Of a stretch of DNA of 64,000 nucleotides, positions 32,624 to 44,901 are shown piece after piece; positions within the stretch are counted from its first letter, which is position 1; the number at the start of each line of letters is the position of its first letter. This DNA is from the human T2T-CHM13v2.0 reference genome, Homo sapiens. The stretch is taken from NCBI RefSeq assembly GCF_009914755.1, contig NC_060929.1; one strand, given 5' to 3'. The position numbers and the translations under genes were made by a program. The notes beneath the pieces were generated by a model. It did not search any database and had not been told where the DNA came from. It saw only the letters and a program-made list of their open reading frames with translations.

Positions 32624-32927
32624 GCTTGGCATAGTGGTGTGTGCCTATAGTTCCAGCTACTCACTTGGGAGGCTGAGGCAGGAGGATCGCTTGAGCCCAG
32701 GAATTTTAGGCTGTGGTGTGCTATGCTGATTAGGTATCTGCACTAAGTTTGGGATAAATATGATGACCTCCTGGGAGCAGGGGACCACTAGGTTGCCTAA
32801 TGTGCGGTGAACCAGCCCAGTCTGGAAATGGAGCAAGTCAAAATTCCCGTGCTGATTAGTTGAGGGGTGGCATCTGTGAATAGCTATGGCTTTCCATCCT
32901 GGGCAACATAGCGAGACCCTGTCTCTT
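32624..32927 (+). pseudogene. Full-length 7SL (SRP) RNA retropseudogene (RN7SL-P type)
   Basis: Alu-domain ends enclose the S domain that Alu lacks (CTGCACTAAGTTTGGGATAAATATGATGACCTCCTGGGAGCAGGGGACCACTAGGTTGCCTAA...GGAGCAAGTCAAAATTCCCGTGCTGAT); ends GACCCTGTCTCTT plus A tail; CpG decay. Confidence 0.94.
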
Positions 32928-32996
32928 AAAAAAAATAAAGATACATTTACAGGTACAGTTGGAGCTTTCCTCTGCATGATGTACTCAAGTCCCTCC

Positions 32997-33182
32997 CAGG
33001 ATGGACTATATAATTTTCAGGGCCCAGTGCAAAATGGAAATGCAGGGACCCTTATTCAAAAATCATGATGAGTTTCAAGACAGCAACAGCAGAGCATTAA
33101 ACCAAGCACAGAGCCCTTCTAAGTACAGGTCTTAGTGCTACTGCACAGGTGACAGCTGTGCTACATCCAGGCAGCCAGCTCT
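32997..33182 (-). mobile_element. MER45A-like hAT MITE
   Basis: GGGCCCAGTGCAAAATGGAAATGCAGGGACCC...TTTCAAGACAGCAACAGCAGAGCATTAAACCAAGCAC matches recalled MER45A reverse strand. Confidence 0.75.
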
Positions 33183-34294
33183 AATTCCGCATCTCCTCTC
33201 ACTTTCTTAACATTGATCTGTGTCTTTGTTGTCCCATGTTTATGCTTTTACTTCATATACATGCATAGACCAATATTATGGAGTATTGTGTTACATGTTT
33301 TAAAATATTGCATAAATGGCATCATATTGTCTGTATCCTTAGGTTGCTTGTCTTACTCTTTTTGAGAGGTATCTGTGTGGAATCATGGAGATGTTATTCA
33401 TTTTCACTGTCGCCTAATAATCCATTGTGAGATCTCACCACAGTTCATTTATCCAGTACCCTACATTTTTATCATAATTAACAGTACTAAGGTGAACATC
33501 CTTGGGCACAGTTCTCTGTGCATGTATGTGAGTTTCTGTCTATCTGTCACTAGGTGTGGAATTGAACTGCTCTGCCTTGCTGGATGTTGAAGTTATTTCC
33601 AAGTTTTTGCTTGGCATCAATGTGCTCCCCTGGGGTGCCTCCCTTTGGATGTTCCTAAGTCATCTGAAAAGCTTCCCTTGGGAGACTTTCCTCTGAGCTA
33701 CCTTTCTTTTAAGATCACCATCCACACAGTCAGAAACTGTGTGTCCTGACCCTTTCCTTTTATTCCCTCACCACTTCTAACCTATTGCCAAAGCCTATGG
33801 ATTCCCACTCTAAAATATGGCTTTAACCCATCCTTCCTCCATTTCCTTCCTGCTACTTCTGTTATCTTGGCTCGGGAACCCCCCTCCCCTAGACTCCTTT
33901 TCCAACTCCTAACTTGTCCCTCAACCCCCCCAGTCTCCAGCCCCCCAACTTTCTCCACTGAAGGACTTATTACACCCTACCAAGTTGCATGGTGACATGG
34001 TGACATGCAGTGCTCCCATGAACATTGTAGAGATCAGAGCTGTGAGTTACATGACAGCAAAGATTGCATCATAGTCACCATTTGTGGACCTGTAGCATGG
34101 TACCTGGTACCCAACAGAATCTAAAAATATCTGTTGAATCAAAGTCCGAATAAACATCATGCTGTCATTTTCCTATCTTTTGGATGACTCAGGATAAATT
34201 CGCCAAAGGAGCATTATTGATGACTTAGGATAATGAACATAAAGTTCATAGTCCTGTGTAAACTGAATTTGATCCACACAAAACTTTAGGTCAG

Positions 34295-34517
34295 TTGAGA
34301 CCAGCATGGGCAACAGAGTGAGACCCTGTCTCTACAAAAATATAAATAAGTTAGCTGGACATGGTGGCGTGCCTATCGTTCTTACTACTTGGGAGGCTAA
34401 GCAGGGAGGATCACTTAAGCCCAGGAGCTTGGAGCTGCAGTGAACTATGATCACACTACCGCACTCCAGTCTGTGACAGAACGAGACCTTGTCTCTAAAT
34501 AAAAATATATAATTTAA
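34295..34517 (+). mobile_element. 5'-truncated AluJ-like
   Basis: TSD AAAACT(T/C)TAGGTCAG at 34280-34294 and 34518-34532. Confidence 0.88.
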
Positions 34518-36535
34518 AAAACTCTAGGTCAGGTGTGAGAGATAGGATGACCCTTAGCAAGAAGTGGTTTTCCCAAGATCCCAAAGCCAGTAAGAGACAA
34601 AGTATAAAGAGCAACAGGTACTCAGGTATTCTTTCCACCTGCTTGTCCTATTTCATAGGTGTCCTAAATTTAGTTTAGAAATAACTAAATATAAACTATG
34701 TTGCCTTTTAATGTCGGGTGACTGTCTCTTTAAATCTTGCTGTTTTAACACAAATATACTTCATTCTAATGTGTATATATATATAATATGTATATATATT
34801 TAAATAATAACCTGATAGAATTTGTATCTCTCTAGAAAAGAAAGAACTCTCATCTCGGGGCCTTTGTTTATCCATCTATTAAATGGGCATAAGGAGGGTC
34901 CTTCTAGGATCTTTTGCTCTGTGAGTAGATAAGGAAAAAGCACACTTTTCTATCCCTATCTAATTTTGTTGCTCCCATGCTCTGTGCAGTCATTTATGGG
35001 GCTGAGGAGGATGAAGGAGGAGGATTTATGGGGCTCTTGCAAAACTGGGAAACAGTAATAGCTGACATTATAGCTGCCAGTGCCCCTTACCTGCTGATTT
35101 GAAAGCCCTTTAATCACTTGTAGCTTATGAAACAGAAAGTGATCTGCTAGCTATTTCCCCCAAATGCGTTGGTGAGTTCATAGGTTAACCCTACAGGAAG
35201 GAGACAGCATTGCTAAACACAAGAAGAGCCTTACTTACTTCATGGGCTTTCAAGTGTCAAGGGCCCCAATCCTTGACTCTGAGACCCTCAAATGATACCA
35301 TCTAGCTGATGTTGTTCTAAAGGGTCAGCCCTGAGGAGAAGTTCATCCTATGGAAGTCACCTGAGCACTCCACATACCATCTGAAGCCCTGGCTTCCAGT
35401 TCTGGCTCTGCCACTAAAGGGCTGTGTGACCTCAGCCACATTCCTCCACATTTACAGTGAAGCTGGTGGAAAACACGTTTCCACTGCCCCTCCACAGTTC
35501 TAAAGTTCTATCATTCAATGGGAGGTGGAGATGGTTCTCAGCATCAACAATACAAAGCAGGGAGATTTTTAGTTCCTCTTGGCCTGAGTCCCTGCCTCCT
35601 GGACAGAAGCTGGGAAATAGATGAGCATCTGGCTCCCTGGCCTGGGTCACAGAATCACAGAATCGTGGGTGGCTGGCAGGAAGCCTCTGCGTTTGCCAAG
35701 ACCCACGTCCTACCTCCCTCCCTCATTCAACACAAATTTACTAAGCAGTTGCGTTGAGTAGAATGTGGGCAGAGATGGCGGCTGTTGTGTTCACCAATTT
35801 ATCCATGGCATCTAGCGCAGTGGCTGGCACATAGTAGCTGCTCACTACATATCTGCTGAATGATGTCTCATCTCCTACAGTAGGGGAGCCTATTAAGCAC
35901 AGATTCCTGGGCCCACCCCAGACCTACTGAATTGGAATCTCTGGCGTTAGTGTCCAAGTGACTGTCATGCCCTCCAGAGTCTGAGAACCACAGCTGTATG
36001 TAGTGTCTGAATAAAGCATCATCTTATTATTGGAAAGGAGAAAATGCTGATGTTTCAACTTTTGAGCATTTGTCGGTAGTGACGAAAATATTCAAGTCAA
36101 ATAGGTTCATTTTGCTGTAGCCATTTCCATGGAGCCTGGGGAGCTCTGGGCTTTGCACTAGGTATGCACAGGGCTCACTTTCACTAATCTTGAGGGAGGC
36201 GAGGCTGATAAAAAAGGCAGAGAAGATAGGAGTCAAGCCACACAATGTCCAAGCTTGGCATTATTATTGCCCTTCACTTGGAAGTTATCAAACAGGACAC
36301 GCGCTGCCCTTCTAGCTTTCCTGGGGAGGTTAGATGCTATGAGACTTTTCACACTCCCTTTCCAGTGTCTGTGGCTCAGACCATGTACACACCCAGGTTC
36401 AAATCTGAGCTGTTGTCTCTATGTAGTCTGGGGCCAATCACTTTAACCCCCTTTAAACTTTTGTTTCTTTAGTCATAAAATGGACATCATGATTTACCCT
36501 ACGGAGGGTTGCTGGAAGGATTAGAGATGCTATAA

Positions 36536-37307
<772 letters not shown>

Positions 37308-37395
37308 GCTCCTTCATTTTATAGATAAGAAAACAGCCTCAGAGAGGAGAAGCAAATGGCACAAGATCATCTAGCACCTCAGGTTTTTTGAGGGC

Positions 37396-37687
37396 TTTTT
37401 TTTTTTGAGATGGGGTCTCAGGCTTTTTTGAGGGCAGTGATGATCACAGGTCACTACAGCCTCAACCTCCTGGGCTCAAGTGATGCTCCCATCTTAGCCT
37501 CCAGTGTAGGTGGGACCGCGAGTGTACACCATAAACCCTGGCTAATTTTTTTTTTTTTTTTGTATTTTTTGTAAAGATGGGATCTCCCTATGTTGCCCAG
37601 GCTGTTCTCAAACTCCTAGACTCAAGTGATCCTCTGGCCTCAGCCTTCCATTGTTGGGATTACAGGCATGAGCCACCACACCCAGGC
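37396..37687 (-). mobile_element. AluJ-like
   Basis: Reverse Alu with a replaced segment near its 3' end. Confidence 0.9.
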
Positions 37688-38239
37688 CAGGACTTTTAAT
37701 CTCAATTAAGAACTTCACATTTTTCCATGGGCCAGAGGAACTTCAAATTCCTCCATGAGGCTGAGACTCTGTGAGCAACCTGTGATGAAGGAATTTCTGG
37801 GACAATATGCTTTTCAAAAGGACGCTAGATATCTCAGGTGAGGCCCTTTCTCACCTAAATTTCTTGCCAGCCAGAAGACTGTTGTGAGGATGTAGTGACT
37901 GGTGAGAAAGTCCCTGACGTTGGGCAATGTGTGGGTTTTCTATCAACACGGGAGTTTTAAAAACAAAAAAGCCTCTGGGAAAGTGCTGTCAGGCCTTCCC
38001 TGGCAAGGCAGTGAATGGCACTGCAGCTCTGCAAGGACCAAGGCTAGAGATGGCTGGCTTTGGGGACACTCCCAAGTTTGGCCTCTGGGCTATGAAGGAC
38101 ACACCACCAGTCAGGGGCCAGGCTGGGCCTGGAAGGGACATCTCCAGAAACCATCCCACAGGACTCTGACTCTGGTGCCCAGGGGAGTAGCAAAAAAAAT
38201 GGGGTCTTGGGAGAATTCAAGTCCTTAGTGCTAATGGTG

Positions 38240-38810
38240 ATGACATTGGTGATGTTGGTGATGATTATAGTGATGATGGGCATTTCCTACCTGCAAGATT
38301 CAGGGCCAGGCAACTGACTTTACATGAATTGCATTATTTCATTCAATCCATCCTCACAAGATCCCTATGTGGAGCAGTACCATTGCTATCCCCACTTTAC
38401 AGATGAGGAAACTGAGGCTCAGAGAGGTTAAGTAAATGACCAAGGGCACATAGCTAGTTTGCACCAGGATTCAAATCTGAATATACTGGAGTCCAAAGTA
38501 CGCCAGCAGCCTGTAAGTGCTGGAAAAAAGGCAAGTAACATTGGCTAGTGCCTTTAAGGGATATATATTTCTTATTCCCATTTTAACAGAAGGGAAACAG
38601 AACAGAGCGCTTAGCGTATTCTCCATGAGGTCAGGCACTGTGCCAAGCACTGTACATATATTATCTCCTCAATCATCAAAACATCCCTATGAAGTTGGTG
38701 GTTTTTTGGTCCCCATTTGTGTAGATGAGGAAACCGAGGCCCGAGACTAAATGACTTGCTGTGGTTCCAAATCAGGCAGTGTGACTCCAGGGCCCACGCT
38801 CTTCACCCCC
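38240..38810 (-). mobile_element. Two MIRs (~38240-38500 and ~38600-38810)
   Basis: CCCACTTTACAGATGAGGAAACTGAGGCTCAGAGAGGTTAAGTAA and CCCCATTTGTGTAGATGAGGAAACCGAGGC. Confidence 0.85.
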
Positions 38811-40057
38811 TGAATTGCTGGATACTGGAACAAGATGTTCCAGTATCCAGATGCAGGGTCTGAAACAGAACCCAGGACTCCTAACTCCTAGTCTAGGGCT
38901 CTGAGGCTAGATGCAGGCTCTCTGTTGGAATGCATTGTTCCTTAAAAGCACACTGGCCTTAAGCCCAAAGAGTGAAATCACGGCCTGCGGTTCTGGGAAC
39001 CTCAGACTGGAGAAGGAAGCTTTTGCCCTGGTGTTCAAGTCTCAGCAGGTGTGCTGGGGACTCTCCCTCTATTTCCTTCTCCCGCTGGAAGGGAGCCCTT
39101 GTTAGGTGGGCAGGGTGGGGCAGCCCTTATGAGTGTAGGGTGGGAGGAGGGCAGGAGGCAGGCGTGCCCAATAAAACAGACCTAAAGCTTCCCGCCTTCT
39201 TGCCTTCATCCAGGCAGTGCCCTCATCTCCTGTTTGGTAAACAACAGGGCATGATGATGAGAGTTCAAGGTTGGAGTCAGGAGGTCTGAGTTCTGGTTCT
39301 GGCTCAGGCAGTCACTCCATGTACACATTGACAGTCAGTTTCCTTATCTGTATAATGTGTGGTGGTGGTGGTGGCAGAGAATCAAAATTCTCCAGCTTTT
39401 TCAGTTAACACATCATCTATTAAGTGCCTACTATGTGCCAGAAACGGCAGATACAGCAAGTGCAAAAGCAGATTTAGGCCCTGCTTTCATGGTGTTAGAG
39501 TCTTGTAAGGAGAGATACAAAGATTAAGTCTTCATTGCAACAAATGTAAAACGGCAACTGTGACCAGCTTTTAGAGAAAAAAGGCCTGCTGGTGGAGCTA
39601 AGGGAGCCCATGATGGTGGAGGTGGAAGGAGAGGAAATGGCTTGACAGTCCAAGGGGTAATAGGGAAAGATGCCCCGAAGAGATTACTAGGTGAGTGGCA
39701 AGCCCGTTGTGAGCGGGCCTGCGGAGGCTGGCAGGAGCCCAGCCCCTTCATGCATTGTGGGCATTGGTAAGAGAACTCATTGGAGTTTTTTGGGGGAAGG
39801 GTGCTGGGGACGATGGCAGAGAGAGATATATGATCAGGTTTAGCACAGAATATAGGCAAACGCACCCTTCAAGTAAAAGATAAAAATGCCTCCTCCTCCA
39901 AGGAGACTTCCTTGATTTCTTTGCTTTTGATCTATGGTATTTCTCCCTCCTTCTCTGGCCTTGTAGCCTGGGTAGAGAAACAGTCCTCCAGGGGAGTAAG
40001 ACCTAAGCTTTCCCTTCCTGCAACTGATGTGCGCTGTAGCTTTGAACGAGGTCCTAG

Positions 40058-40070
40058 GTATATACATACA

Positions 40071-40120
<50 letters not shown>

Positions 40121-40201
40121 CACATACATATATATACATACATATATATACACATACATACATACATATATACACATACATACATACATACATATATATA
40201 C

Positions 40202-40263
<62 letters not shown>
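40058..40263 (+). repeat. Compound microsatellite (TACA)n/(TA)n followed by T29
   Basis: Direct reading. Confidence 0.95.
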
Positions 40264-40284
40264 CAGGAGGGATATGAAGAGTGA

Positions 40285-40749
<465 letters not shown>

Positions 40750-40902
40750 TAGCGGCCCTGCGGCAGCCGGGGGCTCGAGCTCCGCCCTCCGCCTCCCGCC
40801 GGCCTCACTCCCTCCTCCCTCCTCCCTTGCTCGCTCGCTGGCTCCCTCCCCCCGGGCCGGCTCGGCGTTGACTCCGCCGCACGCTGCAGCCGCGGCTGGA
40901 AG

Positions 40903-40980
40903 ATGGCGGGGAACGACTGCGGCGCGCTGCTGGACGAAGAGCTCTCCTCCTTCTTCCTCAACTATCTCGCTGACACGCAG
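40903..40980 (+). CDS. PPARGC1B: PPARGC1B (PGC-1beta) coding exon 1, 26 codons, start of the N-terminal acidic activation region; the gene continues beyond the window
   Basis: Translation [26 protein letters not shown] matches the PGC-1beta N-terminus as I recall it; strong Kozak gaagATGG; phase-0 donor CAG|GTACGG at 40980/40981; lies in a CpG island; mir-378a 2.4 kb downstream as established for this gene. Confidence 0.97.
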
Positions 40981-42603
40981 GTACGGCCGGCTGGGGCTGC
41001 GGGCCCGGGGCCAGGGGTGCTGAGCTGCGGGGGCCGCAGCTGCAGCCGCGGAGGCCGGGAGGCAGCGGTGGGAGCCCTGGGGTAACTGGGGGTTCCAGGC
41101 TGCAGAGCCCCCCTTCCAGGCGCCCTGCGATGCGCTCCGTTACCGGGGCAGGGAGCCGGAGGTCTCCCGGCGCGTGCCGGAGCGCTGGGGGCGCTACGGC
41201 CGCTGGGGAGGGTCTAGCCTTGGCCGCTTGGAGTCTGCCACCCCGCGGGCAAAACTGGGGGGTACCGCGCTTCCTTTGGGAGGTGGAGGCGCGCCACGGT
41301 GTGGGGTACCCTCAGGCTGGCGCTGGGTGCTGGAGGCGCGCCGTCAGCGCCCGGCACTTGCTGCCGTACTTTCACGTGGACTTGTGGCCCCGGCACGGGT
41401 GCATGCCCGGGTCTCCGGAGTCCCCTAGTCCTCCAGGCTGTAGTCCCCAGAGTGCTGTTGCTGGCCCCCCGCGGCTTTCTACCCGCGCCCGCAGCGCGGA
41501 GTTTCCTGCCAGTTGCCGGCTAAAGGCATAAGGGTCTGCGGGGCACGTGGACATGCGGGCGGAGACAGCGTCTTCCTGGTTTCGCTATCGGGCGGAGCCC
41601 CCTGGGGGGAAAAGCCAGGCTGGATGGGGGCGGAAGGACTGTCTGGGGGCGCCTGGGTCCCCCTGCGGTGCGCGGCCCCGGTGCGCGCTCCACGATGCAG
41701 GGGGAAGGGAAGGCGAGGCGGAGTCCCAGGCACTGGCTGAGCCCGGGAGCCCCACTGGCGACACGCGCGTGACAGGAGAGGGTGCTCTGGTGTGCCGGGG
41801 CGCGGGGGAGCGAGGAAGCTGGTGGCTTGGAGACTGGGAGAGGGGTGCTGCTGGGACAAGCAGCCACCAAAAATGTCAGCACGAGGCGTGCGCGGCCCCC
41901 ACCCCTTCCCCCATTTTCCCCACCCAATGCCTGTTGCAAGCATAAAGTTTGGCTCCAGAGTTAGGGCTTTTTCTCTGGGCGCCCGGCTGCGGGTCATTGG
42001 GAAGCTGAGGATGCGGCGGAACCTCGGAGGAGCCCCGGGTGCTGGCACACGCCTGGGCACGGAGAGGGGCGGCCGGGCGGAACCGGGCGCGGCTCGCGGG
42101 GGCTGGTTTGGTACCTGGAGTGGGAGCGCCGGTGCCGGCCCGTTTTGCATAACAGTGGAAGGGAGGGGGAAGGCGGAGATTGGGGGAGGGAGGTGGGAGG
42201 AGAGAGAGGGAAACTTTGCTTCTTGTTATAATCTGCCTGTCTTTGGGCGGCAGCAGCTGTCATGGGACCGGGTGGGCGGGGAGAGGCTTGCAAGCTGACT
42301 CCTTGCGGTGAAACGCGACTTGGAAGGGACGCCGCAGCCGAGACGTTCAGCTCCGGGCAGCGACTTCGGGCTGGCGGCTGGGACGGCGTGGCGTGGCAGG
42401 GTGTCGCCGAGAGGAAGCCCGCCACGCGGGAGGCAGGCCGCCCCTGGCCCGCTGCAGACGCCGCTGCGTAGGGGAGCCGCGGGGCCGCGTGGTCGGTGGC
42501 GGGCGCGCTCGGGTGGGTTCGCGGCAGAGGCCGGAGGGGCTAGTGGCGTGTGATTGCGCTTCTCGAGATCGAGGGGAATGTGTGATGAGCGGGTTGCGCG
42601 CGC

Positions 42604-42605
<2 letters not shown>

Positions 42606-42634
<29 letters not shown>
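42606..42634 (+). repeat. (GT)14 microsatellite flanked by (GC)n
   Basis: Direct reading. Confidence 0.95.
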
Positions 42635-43289
42635 CACACGCCGCGCGCGCCGGGCGCGTACCTTTACCTCTGACGAAACTGCGGTGGAGCTCCCGCCGTC
42701 GTCGCCGGGCTCCGTCACACGCCCCGCGCCGGTGTCTGCGCCGAAGGCAGGTCCCAGCCTCAGTACCCCAAGAGCCGACAGCTTGGGGCTAGCGGGCACT
42801 GAGTGCGGGAGGAGGGGCAGAGTCACTCCTGGGAAGATTCTGTCCCCAGATCTCGAAATTGCCCTGGGGCGTCTCCGAATCTCTTGGCTGAAAAGCGGAT
42901 GAGAGAGGCCTGAAATAGCCGGAGACTCGTTCAGGGACCCATGTCAAGAACTGTCCGCTTTGGACTGTACCCCGGATTTTAACTCGATCTTCAGTGTTTG
43001 GCTCAGCAATAATTAATTATTTTGCCCTTTAGCCGCCCAGCGAGCCTAGCTAGCAGAAATATTTCAACTAAGGAAACTAGAAAATTGAATACTCAGGTGT
43101 TTGCAGGAGCAGTGCAGTGAAAGTTAATCTGGGACATTTGCTTTTTTTATTTAACCACGTGACAGGCCGAGGATCTTCTGGTGATCTATGCCGGCCCAAC
43201 TTGGGAAATGTAATTGATAGGATGAGCTTTGAGCCGCCCCTAGAAGGCTCGGAGAGCCCAGCCGGAAGAGGACCTGGGCGGGCCCAGTG

Positions 43290-43410
43290 TGCTCCTCCTT
43301 ATTTTACAGCTGGAGAAAGAGGCTGCGAGGAGTGAGCGGCTTGTATGGGACCATGCAGCCAGAGGGTGACAGAGCCACCCAGGGCTCCTGACTCCAGGTC
43401 CTGTGTGTTA
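43290..43410 (-). mobile_element. MIR SINE supplying the 5' arm of mir-378a
   Basis: CTTATTTTACAGCTGGAGAAAGAGGCTG...CTCCTGACTCCAGG resembles the reverse MIR core. Confidence 0.7.
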
Positions 43411-43446
43411 CCTAGAAATAGCACTGGACTTGGAGTCAGAAGGCCT
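43381..43446 (+). ncRNA. MIR378A: pre-miR-378a hairpin; 5p arm 43385-43406 (CUCCUGACUCCAGGUCCUGUGU), 3p arm 43423-43444 (ACUGGACUUGGAGUCAGAAGGC)
   Basis: AGGGCTCCTGACTCCAGGTCCTGTGTGTTACCTAGAAATAGCACTGGACTTGGAGTCAGAAGGCCT matches the hsa-mir-378a precursor as recalled; arms are self-complementary; intronic to PPARGC1B. Confidence 0.98.
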
Positions 43447-43545
43447 GAGTGGAGTCACCTTCCCCACTCTCTGGCTGGGTGACCCCGGAGCAAGCCATTT
43501 GAACTCTCCGAGCCTCATTTCCTCCATCTGTCAAATGGGGCTGGT
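43415..43545 (+). mobile_element. MIR SINE supplying the 3' arm of mir-378a
   Basis: AGCACTGGACTTGGAGTCAGAAGGCCTGAGT...GGGTGACC...AACTCTCCGAGCCTCATTTCCTCCATCTGTCAAATGGGG is forward MIR. Confidence 0.8.
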
Positions 43546-44531
43546 GGTGCCGCAAGAGAATCCAATGGCCTGGTGGTGGGGGTGAGCAGTGTTTGCATGT
43601 GAGATGTTCTGGTTGTTCCTGCAACCCCCTCTCCTCCCCCAAACTTTCCCTGACCCTCCCCTCCTTCATCTCCCTTTGGGAGCTTTGGGGAAAGTGGATT
43701 AAATGGTAATTCATTGTCTTTGTCCCAAAAGATTGTTGTTGTCTTTGGTGGCTAATCCAGGGTTAGATTAGAGGGAGGACTTCTGTTTAGGAGACTTAAC
43801 TTTTACCCATTGGGGCCAAAGTACGGAAATTTAGCAGAACAAGGATTGCGAAAGTTTCTTGGAAAGCTTTGAGGCATGGATCCCAAAGGACTGTGGGTGG
43901 CTTCACCTTTGTTCAGGCTATGCCCCTGGCCCAGAGTACCCTCACCCACCCGTCCTGCATGGCCTTCTCCTCTACTAGGCTCTCCCAGCCCAGCTTGCCC
44001 TGCTTTCTCTCCTTTGGTTTTCTGCATCTGTGTTATACAACCAAGCACTTTGTGTGAGTCTGGTGTCCAGTAAGATTCTAGCACTAGGTTTGTACCTTTT
44101 ATCATTGTGCCTGCAAGGCACCTGTCAGTATGCTGAGCTGTGTTCCTTTGCTTAGCTCTTGGCTAGGCACATGGATTACAGACAGGGGTGCAGCTGGGTC
44201 CTGCCAAGCAGAAGCTCCCAGGCTAGCAGGGGAGACAGCTGGGCAGCGAGTGTGGGAGAGAGGAATGCAGAGGGCTGCAGCTGTGGGCAAAATTTTAGAC
44301 CCCAAAGGCCACACAGCAAGTCCACACTAAATATGGGCTATTTGAAGTTGCTTAGGGCATCAGTCATAGATGCACAAAATGTCAGAGTTGGCAGCGGGAA
44401 TGTTAGAAATCATCAGTTCTAACAACTTATTTAAAAATATTTAATTATAGAATTGTTAGAAAATACTGCCAAGCATAAAGAAAAAAATGAGAAATATGTA
44501 ACATGACCCAAAGATAACCACTTAATTGTCA

Positions 44532-44901
<370 letters not shown>

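Noticed and set aside
40981-41085. Extension of the exon-1 ORF to 60 aa (VRPAGAAG...)
   Set aside because: Read-through into intron 1 past the GT donor at 40981
41130-42902. Overlapping 130-223 aa ORFs on both strands
   Set aside because: Stop-codon scarcity in a CpG island; low-complexity Arg/Gly/Pro/Ala products with no recognisable domain
44401-44424. TGTTAGAA-N8-TTCTAACA inverted repeat
   Set aside because: An 8-bp AT-rich stem is within chance expectation for 64 kb
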